A stretch of 64,000 nucleotides of DNA from NCBI GenBank assembly GCA_021813945.1, contig JAKAJD010000001.1, positions 206,115-270,114 of the forward strand. The letters run 5' to 3'. The notes beneath the pieces were generated by a model, which was not told the DNA's origin, did not search any database, and saw only the letters and a list, made by a program, of their open reading frames with translations. The number at the start of each line of letters is the position of its first letter. Positions within the stretch are counted from its first letter, which is position 1. The DNA is from a bacterium (GTDB taxonomy: Bacteria > Patescibacteriota > Microgenomatia > Curtissbacterales > GWA2-41-24). Shown piece by piece: positions 9,563-19,397 of the stretch. Both the position numbers and the translations under genes were made by a program.

Positions 9563-10474
9563 ATGACAGCTTACACCGGCTTAGAATCAAACCGCTTTAA
9601 AACTTGGCTAATTATGCTTCTTTTTGCTTTCTTTATAACTTTTGTCGTTTTTATCTTTTCGAACGCCTTAGGTTTTCGCGGACCCTCAGCTCTCGGATTT
9701 TCAGGAATAGCATTAATCATTGCCGGCATCATGAATTTTTTCTCCTACTACAACAGCGACAAAATTGTAATGGCTATATCTAGCGCCAAACAAATTCAAA
9801 AGAAAGATAACCCGACACTTTTCAGGACTGTTGAAAATCTCTGCATAGCATCCGGTCTTCCAATGCCCAAAATCTTTATTATCGATGATAGTGCTCCAAA
9901 CGCATTTGCAACCGGCAGAGATCCGCAACACGCCGCAATTGCTTTCACAACAGGAATACTATCAAAGCTTGACAAGCTCGAGCTTGAAGGGGTAACTGCC
10001 CATGAACTTTCGCATGTCGGCAACTACGACACAAGGCTTATGACAATAGTCTCGATACTTGTAGGCACGGTAGCCCTTCTTGCCGATTTTTTCCTTAGGA
10101 TCTCCTTTTACTCAAGAGGGGATAGGGATGATGACAGAGGAGGGCAGGCAATTTTTGTGATCCTAGGGCTTGTAATGGCAATTTTGGCGCCAATCGCAGC
10201 AACTTTGATCCAACTAGCCATTTCCAGAAAACGTGAATTTTTAGCAGATGCATCAGGAGCTCTCTTGACAAGAAACCCGGAAGAGCTGGCATCTGCTTTA
10301 ATCAAAATTTCTAACGACCCCGAGCCCTTGGAAGTTGCCAACAAAGCAACAGCCCATCTTTATATTGCCAATCCATTTAAGGACTCACACAAAGGTGTTA
10401 GCCTTTTTGCCAACCTATTTAACACTCACCCGCCAATCGCCGACCGCGTCAAAGCCCTGCGCGCAATGGAATAA
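9563..10474 (+). CDS. htpX: M48 zinc metalloprotease HtpX
   Basis: PNAFATGRDP, HELSH, SRKREFLAD, THPP. Start revised to ATG 9563 after TATAAT. Confidence 0.93.
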   Translation: MTAYTGLESNRFKTWLIMLLFAFFITFVVFIFSNALGFRGPSALGFSGIALIIAGIMNFFSYYNSDKIVMAISSAKQIQKKDNPTLFRTVENLCIASGLPMPKIFIIDDSAPNAFATGRDPQHAAIAFTTGILSKLDKLELEGVTAHELSHVGNYDTRLMTIVSILVGTVALLADFFLRISFYSRGDRDDDRGGQAIFVILGLVMAILAPIAATLIQLAISRKREFLADASGALLTRNPEELASALIKISNDPEPLEVANKATAHLYIANPFKDSHKGVSLFANLFNTHPPIADRVKALRAME

Positions 10475-10477
10475 ATT

Positions 10478-10771
10478 ATGTCAAAAGTTACATTAGATAT
10501 TGATCATGTTGCTAGGCTCGCAAATATTCCCTTGCAGAGCAACGAAAAATCAACTTTTTCAAAACAGCTCGAAGAGACATTGATTTATGTAGAAAAATTA
10601 GAGGAAGTCGAAACAAAAAATACCGAACCGACCAGCCAGGTAACAAATTTAGAAAATGTGACGAGAGAAGACGTTGCTTCACCATCCCTAACACAAGAGG
10701 AAGCGCTGCAAAATTCCAAATCGACTTATAACGGCTTTATATTAACGAATGCAATTTTGGAGGAACAATAA
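10478..10771 (+). CDS. gatC: Asp/Glu-tRNA amidotransferase subunit C
   Basis: IDHVARLA..LEEV.T..EPT..REDV. Directly upstream of gatA. Confidence 0.9.
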   Translation: MSKVTLDIDHVARLANIPLQSNEKSTFSKQLEETLIYVEKLEEVETKNTEPTSQVTNLENVTREDVASPSLTQEEALQNSKSTYNGFILTNAILEEQ

Positions 10772-10774
10772 ACG

Positions 10775-12181
10775 ATGCTAAATAATCTGACCATAGCGCA
10801 AGCTAAAAAACTTCTAGATCAAAAAAAACTAAGCTCATCAGAGCTTACAAAATTTTACTTAGACAGGATAAAAAAATTAGAGCCAAAAATATCAGCGTTT
10901 GTTACTATCACCGATAAGGAAGCGCTTAAACAGGCAGAAAAAGCCGATAAATTAATCTCTCAAGGAGCAAAAAAACTATTATTGGGGATTCCAATAAGTA
11001 TTAAGGATAACTTCAACACAAAAGGGGTTCAAACAACTGCATCTAGCAAAGTTTTGGAAGGTTATATTCCTCCTTACGACGCAACTGTTGTCAATCTATT
11101 AAAAGAGGAAGGTGCTGTTATCGTTGGCAAGACCAATATGGACGCTTGGGCGCATGGTTCATCCACGGAAACCTCCGATTTTGGTTCGACTAAAAATCCA
11201 TGGAACATCAAAAGGCTTCCGGGTGGTTCATCGGGCGGGTCTACAGCAAGCGTAGCGGCTGATGAGGTAGTCATCTCGATTGGTTCAGAAACGGCCGGAT
11301 CGATTCGTCAACCTGCTGCCTGGTGCGGAGTAGTCGGCCTTAAGCCAACATATGGAAGGGTAAGCCGTTATGGCGTTATTGCCATGGGTTCTTCGTTGGA
11401 CAGCCCTGGTCCCATCACGAAAACAGTTGAGGAAAGTGCCTTTGTATTGAATATCCTCGCGGGCCAGGATAAATTCGACGCAACCACTTCACCGAAGAAT
11501 GTTGAGGATTACACAAAAAATTTAAACCAAAAAATATCAGACCTTAAAATTGGAATTTCAAAGCGTTATTTTGACCAATGCGAAAAAGATGTCAAAGACT
11601 CGGTTATGCAAGCTATCAAAGTTCTTGAAAAACTAGGTGCTAAAATCATCGAAATTGATTTATTCGACCCGCAATATGCAATAGCAGTTTACACAATAAT
11701 CCAAAGGGCTGAGGTCTCATCAAACTTGGCTCGCTACGATGGCATCAGATACGGAAATGGGCGAGATAAATTCGGTGAGGAAGCCAAAAGAAGAATAATG
11801 CTTGGAACTTACGCCCTTTCAGCCGGCTACTACGACCAGTATTACAATAAAGCTCAAAAAGTCAGAACGCTAATAATAAATGACTTCAAAAAAGCTTTTA
11901 GCCAAGTTGATGTAATAATTGGTCCCACAAGTCCGTCAACGGCACTCCCACTTGGCGCAAGTAAAGGCCATCCAATGTTTGGTGAAATGGCAGACGTTTT
12001 AGTCGAACCCTCATCGATTGCAGGCTTGCCCGGCATCAATGTCCCCTGCGGCCTTTCAAGCGAAAATCTTCCGATTGGAATGCAAATAATCGGCCCTCAA
12101 TTTTCAGAGAGTCTTATCTTAAATGTCGCCAACCAGTTTGAAAAAAATACAGATTTCCATAAAGCAAGTCCAAACATATGA
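10775..12181 (+). CDS. gatA: Asp/Glu-tRNA amidotransferase subunit A
   Basis: Amidase signature GGSSGGS, ETAGSIRQPA, SSNLARYDG. Confidence 0.95.
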   Translation: MLNNLTIAQAKKLLDQKKLSSSELTKFYLDRIKKLEPKISAFVTITDKEALKQAEKADKLISQGAKKLLLGIPISIKDNFNTKGVQTTASSKVLEGYIPPYDATVVNLLKEEGAVIVGKTNMDAWAHGSSTETSDFGSTKNPWNIKRLPGGSSGGSTASVAADEVVISIGSETAGSIRQPAAWCGVVGLKPTYGRVSRYGVIAMGSSLDSPGPITKTVEESAFVLNILAGQDKFDATTSPKNVEDYTKNLNQKISDLKIGISKRYFDQCEKDVKDSVMQAIKVLEKLGAKIIEIDLFDPQYAIAVYTIIQRAEVSSNLARYDGIRYGNGRDKFGEEAKRRIMLGTYALSAGYYDQYYNKAQKVRTLIINDFKKAFSQVDVIIGPTSPSTALPLGASKGHPMFGEMADVLVEPSSIAGLPGINVPCGLSSENLPIGMQIIGPQFSESLILNVANQFEKNTDFHKASPNI

Positions 12182-13497
12182 AATATACACCTGTAATTGG
12201 TCTTGAGGTTCATATAGAACTTTACACAAAATCCAAAATGTTTTGTTCTTGCTCAGCCGACTATTTCGGAAAAGAACCGAATACTCACACTTGTCCGGTT
12301 TGCTTGGGTTTGCCGGGGGCTCTTCCTGTCCCTAACAAAAAGGCAATTGAATGGTGCATGGCAATCGGCCTCGCCCTAAATTGCGAAATTTCGGAATTCT
12401 CCAAATTCGACCGCAAAAATTATTTTTATCCGGATCTTCCGAAGGGTTATCAGATTAGCCAGTACGATCAGCCTTTCTGCAAAAAAGGGCAAGTCACTTT
12501 ATCAAGCGGCAAAAAAATCAGAATCACCCGGGCTCACATGGAGGAAGACACGGCAAAGCTGACTCACGCAAAGGTCGATGGCAAAAATGTTTCGCTAATC
12601 GACTTCAACCGCTCCGGTATTCCTTTGGTTGAAATTGTCACCGAACCCGATTTTGAAAATGCCAAAGATGTTGTTGAATATCTCAAGCTTCTCCAACAAA
12701 CTGCAAGATACCTCGGGGTTTCCAAAGCCGACATGGAAAAAGGGGATATGCGGCTCGAACCGAATATCTCTCTCAAAAAGGAGGGGTCAAGTGGTCTACC
12801 AAACTACAAGGTAGAAGTTAAAAATATAAACTCATTTAGATTTGTCGAAAAAGCCATAAATTTCGAGCTTGAGCGTCAAGAAAAAATTTTAGAAGAAGGC
12901 GAGACTCCCAAACAGGAAACACGCGGCTGGAATGAATCTAAACAAGCCACAATATCTCAGCGATCTAAAGAAGAAGCTCATGATTACCGCTATTTTCCGG
13001 AGCCAGATATTCCGCCTGTTAGAACAGGAAGAGATGAGATTGCCGAAATCAAAAGTACTCTACCGGAATTACCCCAAGAAAGACTCAAGCGATTCCAAAC
13101 GCTATACTCGCTCTCTTCCTACGATGCAGAAATCCTAGCAAGGGAAAAAGAAACGGCCGATTTTTTTGATCAAGCGGCAAAAGACGCTAAGTTGCACAAC
13201 GTCAGCCCAAAGCAGATCGCCAATTTCATAATTAACAAAAAACCAGACATTGAAAAAACTTTACCTGCCGAACTAATCCAATCGGTCATCAGTCAAAAAA
13301 CATCGGCGACCATCTCTCAATCGGATCTCGAAGAATTGGTAAAAGAAATTCTTTCTGAAAATCCAGATATTGTAGCGGATTACAAAAAAGGCAAAACCAA
13401 TTCAATTCAGGTCTTAATAGGAAAGGTCATGCAAAAAACAAAGGGTCAAGCAAATGCAAGTGAAGTCAAAACAGAACTCGAAAACCTGCTAAAGTAA
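12178..13497 (+). CDS. gatB: Asp/Glu-tRNA amidotransferase subunit B
   Basis: IGLEVH, RKNYFYPDLPKGYQISQ, YRYFPEPD. Confidence 0.96.
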   Translation: MKYTPVIGLEVHIELYTKSKMFCSCSADYFGKEPNTHTCPVCLGLPGALPVPNKKAIEWCMAIGLALNCEISEFSKFDRKNYFYPDLPKGYQISQYDQPFCKKGQVTLSSGKKIRITRAHMEEDTAKLTHAKVDGKNVSLIDFNRSGIPLVEIVTEPDFENAKDVVEYLKLLQQTARYLGVSKADMEKGDMRLEPNISLKKEGSSGLPNYKVEVKNINSFRFVEKAINFELERQEKILEEGETPKQETRGWNESKQATISQRSKEEAHDYRYFPEPDIPPVRTGRDEIAEIKSTLPELPQERLKRFQTLYSLSSYDAEILAREKETADFFDQAAKDAKLHNVSPKQIANFIINKKPDIEKTLPAELIQSVISQKTSATISQSDLEELVKEILSENPDIVADYKKGKTNSIQVLIGKVMQKTKGQANASEVKTELENLLK

Positions 13498-13528
13498 AAT
13501 TTCAGTCTGCTAAAATATAGAGTAAATT

Positions 13529-16500
13529 ATGTCTAAATTCGTCCATCTTCACGTACACAGTGAATATTCTCTCTTAGACGGTCTTTCTAAAATTCCCAAA
13601 ATGGTAACTCAAGCAAAAATTTTGGGGATGCAGCATTTAGCAATAACAGACCACGGCGCAATGTACGGAGCGGTGAAATTTTATAAGGAATGCAAAAGCC
13701 AAGGTTTAAATCCCATCTTAGGTTGTGAGATGTATATTGCGAAAAGAAGTCTCAAAGATAAGGAAGCCGGCAAGGATAACGATTATCATCACCTAACCGT
13801 TTTAGCAAAAGATAGGGAAGGCTATGTCAACTTGATGAAGCTTGTGACAATAGCCCAGCTAGAAGGGTTTTATTATCGCCCAAGAATCGACAAATCAACT
13901 CTTGCCAAACATGCAAAAGGTCTTATGGCACTTTCTGGTTGTAACTCATCGGAGATTTCCAAGGAATTCATATCCAGAGATCTAAAAGCTGCCAGAAAGC
14001 TAGTCGAAGAGTATCAAGCTATCTTCGGTAAAGACGATTTTTACTTGGAAGTTCAAAGGCACGAATTTTCCAAATTTCAAGCTGCTCACGACAAAGGCTC
14101 CTATATCTACAACGAATTAGAAAGAATGCATCAGGAAGAACAAAAAATCATCGAAGGGGCCAAAAAATTATCAAAGGAAATGAGGCTTTCGCTAATAGCC
14201 ACAAATGACATCCATTACGTTATGCCACAAGATGCAAGCGCACAAGACGCCATTGTCTGCATTCAAACCGGCAAAAATATTCAGGACGAAAAACGCCTCA
14301 GAATGATAGACTCCCCTACTTTTTTTCTAAAAAGTGACGAAGAAATGAGAGAACTTTTTCCGGATATCCCAGAATCGATAGATAACACGGTAAAACTTGC
14401 AGAAAAAGTCAAAATTGATTTGACATTAGGAAAAGTTGCCTTTCCAAAGTATCAAGTTCCAAACCAAAAGTCCGCAGAAGATTATCTTAGGGATCTTTGC
14501 TTCGATAGAATTAAATCAAAAGTAGAAAAAGTAACTCCGGAGATTAAAGAGCGGTTAGATTATGAACTGTCCGTCATTTCCAAAAAAGGCTACTCGGCTT
14601 ATTTTTTAGTTGTGTCGGATTTTGTCAATTGGTCTCGCGAAAAAGGAATTATCTCAACAACTCGGGGGTCTGCATCCGGAAGCCTTGTTTCGTACGCTCT
14701 GGGAATAACGACTGTCAACCCGCTTTCATTTAAGCTGCCATTTGAAAGATTTTTAAATCTTTACAGACCGACATTACCAGATATTGACGTAGATTTTGAA
14801 GACAAAAGGCGCGACGAAGTGATCCAATATGTGCGCGAAAAGTACGGCCATGAAAAGGTCGCGCAAATTGGCACTTTCGGAACAATGATGGCCAGAGCAG
14901 CTGTTCGCGATGTCGCCCGCGTCTTAGGTTGGCCTTATTCAAAAGCCGATCGTATTGCCAAAATGATTCCCTTCGGAGCTCAAGGATTTCCTATGTCACT
15001 CGATCTGGCCAAAAAACAAAATAGAGATCTTGGAAATTTATACAACGATGATTCTGAAGTTAAAGAGCTTTTGGATTTAGCGGAAAAAGTAGAAGGCAAT
15101 GCCAGGCACGTTTCAGTCCATGCGGCGGGTGTCGTGATAGGTCCGGACGATCTATCCAATTACACACCACTTCAAAAAGAAACCACCGGAGAAAAAATCA
15201 TAACTCAGTACGATATGCATGATGTTGAAGATGTAGGTCTTGTAAAAATGGATTTTTTGGGAATCAGAAACCTTTCTATTCTGGGTCAGGCAGTGAAAAT
15301 TGTGCAATCGGAAAAGAATATCAAAATCAACCTCACAGATATTCCGCTTGACGACAAAAAAGCCTTTGATCTTCTTGCAAAAGGTGAAACGATGGGCCTT
15401 TTCCAGCTAGGCGGATCGGGAATGACGAGGTATTTAAAAGAACTTCGACCGACAACGGTCTTTGACATTATGGCGATGATTTCGCTTTTTCGCCCGGGAC
15501 CGATGAATTCAATCCCGGAATTTATCGAAAGGAAAAACGATCCGAAAAAAGTTAAATATTTCGACCCAAGAATGAAAGATTACCTGGATTTGTCTTATGG
15601 CGTCATAGTTTACCAAGACGATGTTCTTTTAACTGCTATCAACATTGCGGGATATACGTGGGAAGAGGCAGATAATTTCCGAAAGGCAATGGGTAAAAAA
15701 ATTCCGGCAGAAATGAGCAAGCAGCGCGAAAAATTCCTAGACGGAGCTATAAAAAACGGAATGACCGGAGAAAAATCGGAAGAGCTTTTTAAACTTATCG
15801 AGCCATTCGCGGCTTATGGTTTCAACAAAGCTCATGCCGCATCGTATGCAATTATTGCCTACCAAACTGCCTACATGAAAGCCAATTACCCGGTTGAGTT
15901 TATGACAGCTGTAATGACCGCTGAAGCCGACGATACGGACAAAATCGCCTCGGCTGTAGATGAGTGTGCCAAAATGGGTATCCTCGTTCTTCCGCCGGAC
16001 ATTAACGCATCGCACACAGGTTTCACTATTGAAAAAGTGCAAAAAACGAAAAAAGACGGTATCCGATTTGGGTTTTCCGCCATAAAAAACGTAGGTAAAG
16101 CCGCAATCGAGGCCATCATATCCGAACGTGAAGCACACGGACTTTTTAAATCTTTAGACAACTTTGTATCAAGAGTTAATTTAAGAGCAGTGAACAGGAA
16201 GACTTTAGAGAGTTTAATTAAAGCAGGCGCTATGGACGGTTTCGGGAAACGAAATGCCATGCTTAAAATTCTAGACGATATCAAAGCGCAAGGCACATCT
16301 CTTTCTAAAACCATAGCCGAAGGCCAGGGTACATTATTTGGTGAAGAAGAGCTGGATTCCAAAACCGTTATACCCAAATCAATGAGCTCTCTTTTAGAAT
16401 CAACCGAAGAGGCACCGAAGGAAGAAATACTTTCCTGGGAACGAGAGCTTTTAGGCTTTTATTTAACCGAACATCCGCTTGCAAATGTCTCAGAAAGAAT

Positions 16501-17041
16501 AGACAGAATTGCAACTGTTAAAATTGGCGAAATTGACCGTTTTACCTATGCCAACAAAACCATTAAACTCGGAGGAATAATCGCTTCTTTAAGAAAAACT
16601 GTTACCAAACTAAAGCAACAGGAAATGTGCTTTTTAAAGCTGCAGGACACAACAGGGACAATCGAGGTTATTGTATTTCCAAAAATTTACCAAATTGCCA
16701 GGGATATTATCGCCATGGATCAAATCGTCATCGTATCCGGTAAACTGGAAGCAGACGACGAAAGTTCAACCCTTATAGCAGACAGCATAACTCTACTTGA
16801 AAAGGAGCCGGAAACCGCAAGTATTGAAGAAATAAACATCTCTATCCCGAAAAATGCCGACAGGATTCTGCTTTCCAAAATTTATGAGGTTTTAAAAGAA
16901 AATTCTGGCAAAAGCCCTACTTTTCTAATCCTTCCCGGTCAGGATAGTGCAGTCCGCAAAATCCCTGTTCCTTTCGGCGTAGAAAGAAGTTTTAATCTAG
17001 AAGACAGTCTCTCAAATCTTGGTTGCCGCATTACAGGTTAA
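13529..17041 (+). CDS. dnaE: DNA polymerase III alpha subunit
   Basis: HLHVHSEYSLLDG, PDIDVDF, KMDFLG, YGFNKAHA, and a C-terminal OB fold. Confidence 0.97.
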   Translation: MSKFVHLHVHSEYSLLDGLSKIPKMVTQAKILGMQHLAITDHGAMYGAVKFYKECKSQGLNPILGCEMYIAKRSLKDKEAGKDNDYHHLTVLAKDREGYVNLMKLVTIAQLEGFYYRPRIDKSTLAKHAKGLMALSGCNSSEISKEFISRDLKAARKLVEEYQAIFGKDDFYLEVQRHEFSKFQAAHDKGSYIYNELERMHQEEQKIIEGAKKLSKEMRLSLIATNDIHYVMPQDASAQDAIVCIQTGKNIQDEKRLRMIDSPTFFLKSDEEMRELFPDIPESIDNTVKLAEKVKIDLTLGKVAFPKYQVPNQKSAEDYLRDLCFDRIKSKVEKVTPEIKERLDYELSVISKKGYSAYFLVVSDFVNWSREKGIISTTRGSASGSLVSYALGITTVNPLSFKLPFERFLNLYRPTLPDIDVDFEDKRRDEVIQYVREKYGHEKVAQIGTFGTMMARAAVRDVARVLGWPYSKADRIAKMIPFGAQGFPMSLDLAKKQNRDLGNLYNDDSEVKELLDLAEKVEGNARHVSVHAAGVVIGPDDLSNYTPLQKETTGEKIITQYDMHDVEDVGLVKMDFLGIRNLSILGQAVKIVQSEKNIKINLTDIPLDDKKAFDLLAKGETMGLFQLGGSGMTRYLKELRPTTVFDIMAMISLFRPGPMNSIPEFIERKNDPKKVKYFDPRMKDYLDLSYGVIVYQDDVLLTAINIAGYTWEEADNFRKAMGKKIPAEMSKQREKFLDGAIKNGMTGEKSEELFKLIEPFAAYGFNKAHAASYAIIAYQTAYMKANYPVEFMTAVMTAEADDTDKIASAVDECAKMGILVLPPDINASHTGFTIEKVQKTKKDGIRFGFSAIKNVGKAAIEAIISEREAHGLFKSLDNFVSRVNLRAVNRKTLESLIKAGAMDGFGKRNAMLKILDDIKAQGTSLSKTIAEGQGTLFGEEELDSKTVIPKSMSSLLESTEEAPKEEILSWERELLGFYLTEHPLANVSERIDRIATVKIGEIDRFTYANKTIKLGGIIASLRKTVTKLKQQEMCFLKLQDTTGTIEVIVFPKIYQIARDIIAMDQIVIVSGKLEADDESSTLIADSITLLEKEPETASIEEINISIPKNADRILLSKIYEVLKENSGKSPTFLILPGQDSAVRKIPVPFGVERSFNLEDSLSNLGCRITG

Positions 17042-17080
17042 GGTTTACAAAAACAGCCTTTTTGGATATACTTTACCACT

Positions 17081-17356
17081 ATGGATATGACAAATTTTGC
17101 AGTCGGCGATATTATTCGTGTTTTTACAAAGGATCCGCAGGATAATAAAGTTCATGCAACGCCCTTTGAGGGAATTGTAATATCGCTGCGAGGCCAAAAA
17201 GAAAGCAGAACCTTTATAGTTAGGAAAAAAGGTGCGGACGGCGTTTTTGTGGAGCGCATTTTTCCAGTTGCTTCTCCTTCTATAGAAAAAATAACAGTTA
17301 TTAAATCTACGGGCGCAAGACGCGCAAAACTTTATCACCTTAGAAAAACAAAATAA
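17081..17356 (+). CDS. rplS: 50S ribosomal protein L19
   Basis: FAVGD..FEGIVI..VRK..GVFVERIFP..RRAKLY. Confidence 0.92.
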   Translation: MDMTNFAVGDIIRVFTKDPQDNKVHATPFEGIVISLRGQKESRTFIVRKKGADGVFVERIFPVASPSIEKITVIKSTGARRAKLYHLRKTK

Positions 17357-17358
17357 AA

Positions 17359-17976
17359 ATGGTTCTGCCTGACTTGTCAGAAGAAAAAATTCTTTGGCAT
17401 AAAGGTTTCTTAAGCGTAGTAGGAATAGACGAAGTAGGAAGAGGGTCATGGGCCGGTCCACTCGTCGCAGCGGGAATAGTCCTTCCAAGTGATTTTGAAA
17501 TTCCTAAAGGCCTTGCAGATTCAAAGCTTCTTAATCCTAAAAAAAGAGAAGAACTGGACAAGATGCTGAGAGCAAAGGCGCTAGGTTTTTTCATTTCAGA
17601 AGTTTCCCATCTTCAAATCGATAAACTCGGTATAGCCAAAGCAACGCAAGTTGCTTTCAGGAAAATAGTAAGCGCAATTTCACCAAAGCCTCAATATTGT
17701 CTGGTGGATGCTTTTCATATCAAATACGTAAGTTCGGAAGTTAAACAAAAAGCGATAAAACATGGAGATATGACTTGTGCCTCGATTGCTGCGGCCTCAA
17801 TAATTGCTAAAGTCTATCGTGATAATTTAATGGAGAACCTAGGGAAGAAATTCCCCAAATATAATTTTCAAAAGCACAAGGGATATGGGACCGAGGAACA
17901 TCAGAGGGCGATTCAAAAATTTGGCCTCACAAAGATTCATAGAACATCCTACAATTTGGATTTTCTGTATTCGTGA
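17359..17976 (+). CDS. rnhB: ribonuclease HII
   Basis: GIDEVGRG, DSK, IAAASIIAKV.RD, KGYGT. Confidence 0.95.
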   Translation: MVLPDLSEEKILWHKGFLSVVGIDEVGRGSWAGPLVAAGIVLPSDFEIPKGLADSKLLNPKKREELDKMLRAKALGFFISEVSHLQIDKLGIAKATQVAFRKIVSAISPKPQYCLVDAFHIKYVSSEVKQKAIKHGDMTCASIAAASIIAKVYRDNLMENLGKKFPKYNFQKHKGYGTEEHQRAIQKFGLTKIHRTSYNLDFLYS

Positions 17977-17983
17977 ACAGCAA

Positions 17984-18033
17984 AAGGTCAGGCCTTAACT
18001 TAAGCTGCTTTTGGAAAAAGATCTGACCTTAAA
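17984..18033. repeat. REP-like palindromic element, copy 2
   Basis: AAGGTCAGGCCTT (17984-17996) and AAGATCTGACCTT (18018-18030), same architecture as 9459-9506. Confidence 0.65.
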
Positions 18034-18041
18034 CAGAACCA

Positions 18042-18395
18042 ATGGATAGATCAAAAATAGGAAAATACGGTGAAGATCTTGCTGCGGCATACCTGTCAAA
18101 ACTTGGCTATAAAATAATTGAGCGAAATTTCAGGATTCGCGGCGGCGAAATCGATATAATTGCCCTAGATCAAGGAATACTTATCTACGTTGAAGTCAAA
18201 ACCCGATCGTCACACGATTTTGGTCTTCCAGAAGAATCCGTTACATATCATAAACTAAAATTTCTGGAGCGTGCTTCAAAATTTTACCGTGCAAACCGCC
18301 ATAACTTACCCCTTCAAGAGCGAATAGACGTTGTAAGCATCGACTTATCTCGTTCTAAACCATCAATAAACCTTATTAAAAACGCCGGCTTCTAA
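18042..18395 (+). CDS. yraN: YraN/UPF0102 family nuclease-like protein
   Basis: GKYGEDLA..ERNFR..GEIDIIA..VEVKTR. Usual position after rnhB. Confidence 0.9.
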   Translation: MDRSKIGKYGEDLAAAYLSKLGYKIIERNFRIRGGEIDIIALDQGILIYVEVKTRSSHDFGLPEESVTYHKLKFLERASKFYRANRHNLPLQERIDVVSIDLSRSKPSINLIKNAGF

Positions 18396-18409
18396 AGATC
18401 TTCAAAAAA

Positions 18410-19378
18410 CTAACCAGTCTTAACAAGACCCATTGGGGTACGCCCCTCGAAAACATCTATCACGTTTTGTGCAGCGATTCTGGACATTGTTTCCCGGGTT
18501 TCAAAAGTTGCAGAAGCAATGTGGGGTGTCACCACGATATTATCAAGCGCCAGAAGTTCTTTAGAAATTTCAGGTTCGAACTCGAATACATCAAGTCCTG
18601 CTGATGCTATTACTTTTTCCTTAAGTGCCCAAACCAAAGCTTTTTCTTCAACTACGGGCCCCCGAGATGTGTTTATAAGAATAGCCGACTTTTTCATAGT
18701 CTTTAGCTCGTCACGGCCAATCATATGCCTGGTTTTTTCTGTTAAAGGAACATGAAGCGTTACAACATCTGCCTCTTTTAAAATTTCATGAACGGTTGAG
18801 TATCTGGCTTCACAAATAAGCTCAAAATCCTCGGCTCGTTTAACATCGTAATACATAACGTTCATCCTAAATCCTCCATAGGCAATTTGGCCGACAAATG
18901 TTCCTATTCTGCCGAGCCCGATAACGCCGATTGTTTGACCCCAAACCTGGTGCGAAAGAAATAAATTGGGATCCCAACGTTTGTATTTTCCTTCTCTGAC
19001 GAATTTATCAGCATCAATTATTGACTTGTTGCAAGCAAAAATTAAAGCAAATACGTGCTCTGCTACCGATTCATTGGCAACACCTGGAGTATTACAAACA
19101 ACAATCCCTTTTTGAGAAGCGGCCGAAAGGTCGATATTGTCGTATCCGACAGCATAATTGGCAATGAGTTTGAGTTTCGGTGAGGCAGCTTTCAGAACTT
19201 CGGAATCAAGCTTGTCATTTACCAAGGGGATTACGGCGTCGTATTCAGATAGGACTTTTTTTAAGCCTTCTTTTGTTAAATCTTTCCCGGAGTCATTTAC
19301 CTCGACAGAAAAACCCTTTTTGCGAAGTAGTTCTAGTCCAATATCGGGAATTACTCCGGTAACAAAAACCTTGGGCAT
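18410..19378 (-). CDS. D-2-hydroxyacid dehydrogenase (glyoxylate reductase / D-glycerate dehydrogenase)
   Basis: VGYDNID, GLGRIG, INTSRG, LDVFEFEP, PHIAS. Start revised to ATG 19378 (MPKVFVT). Confidence 0.88.
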   Translation of the reverse strand: MPKVFVTGVIPDIGLELLRKKGFSVEVNDSGKDLTKEGLKKVLSEYDAVIPLVNDKLDSEVLKAASPKLKLIANYAVGYDNIDLSAASQKGIVVCNTPGVANESVAEHVFALIFACNKSIIDADKFVREGKYKRWDPNLFLSHQVWGQTIGVIGLGRIGTFVGQIAYGGFRMNVMYYDVKRAEDFELICEARYSTVHEILKEADVVTLHVPLTEKTRHMIGRDELKTMKKSAILINTSRGPVVEEKALVWALKEKVIASAGLDVFEFEPEISKELLALDNIVVTPHIASATFETRETMSRIAAQNVIDVFEGRTPMGLVKTG

Positions 19379-19397
19379 TATTATTATGATAAACGAT

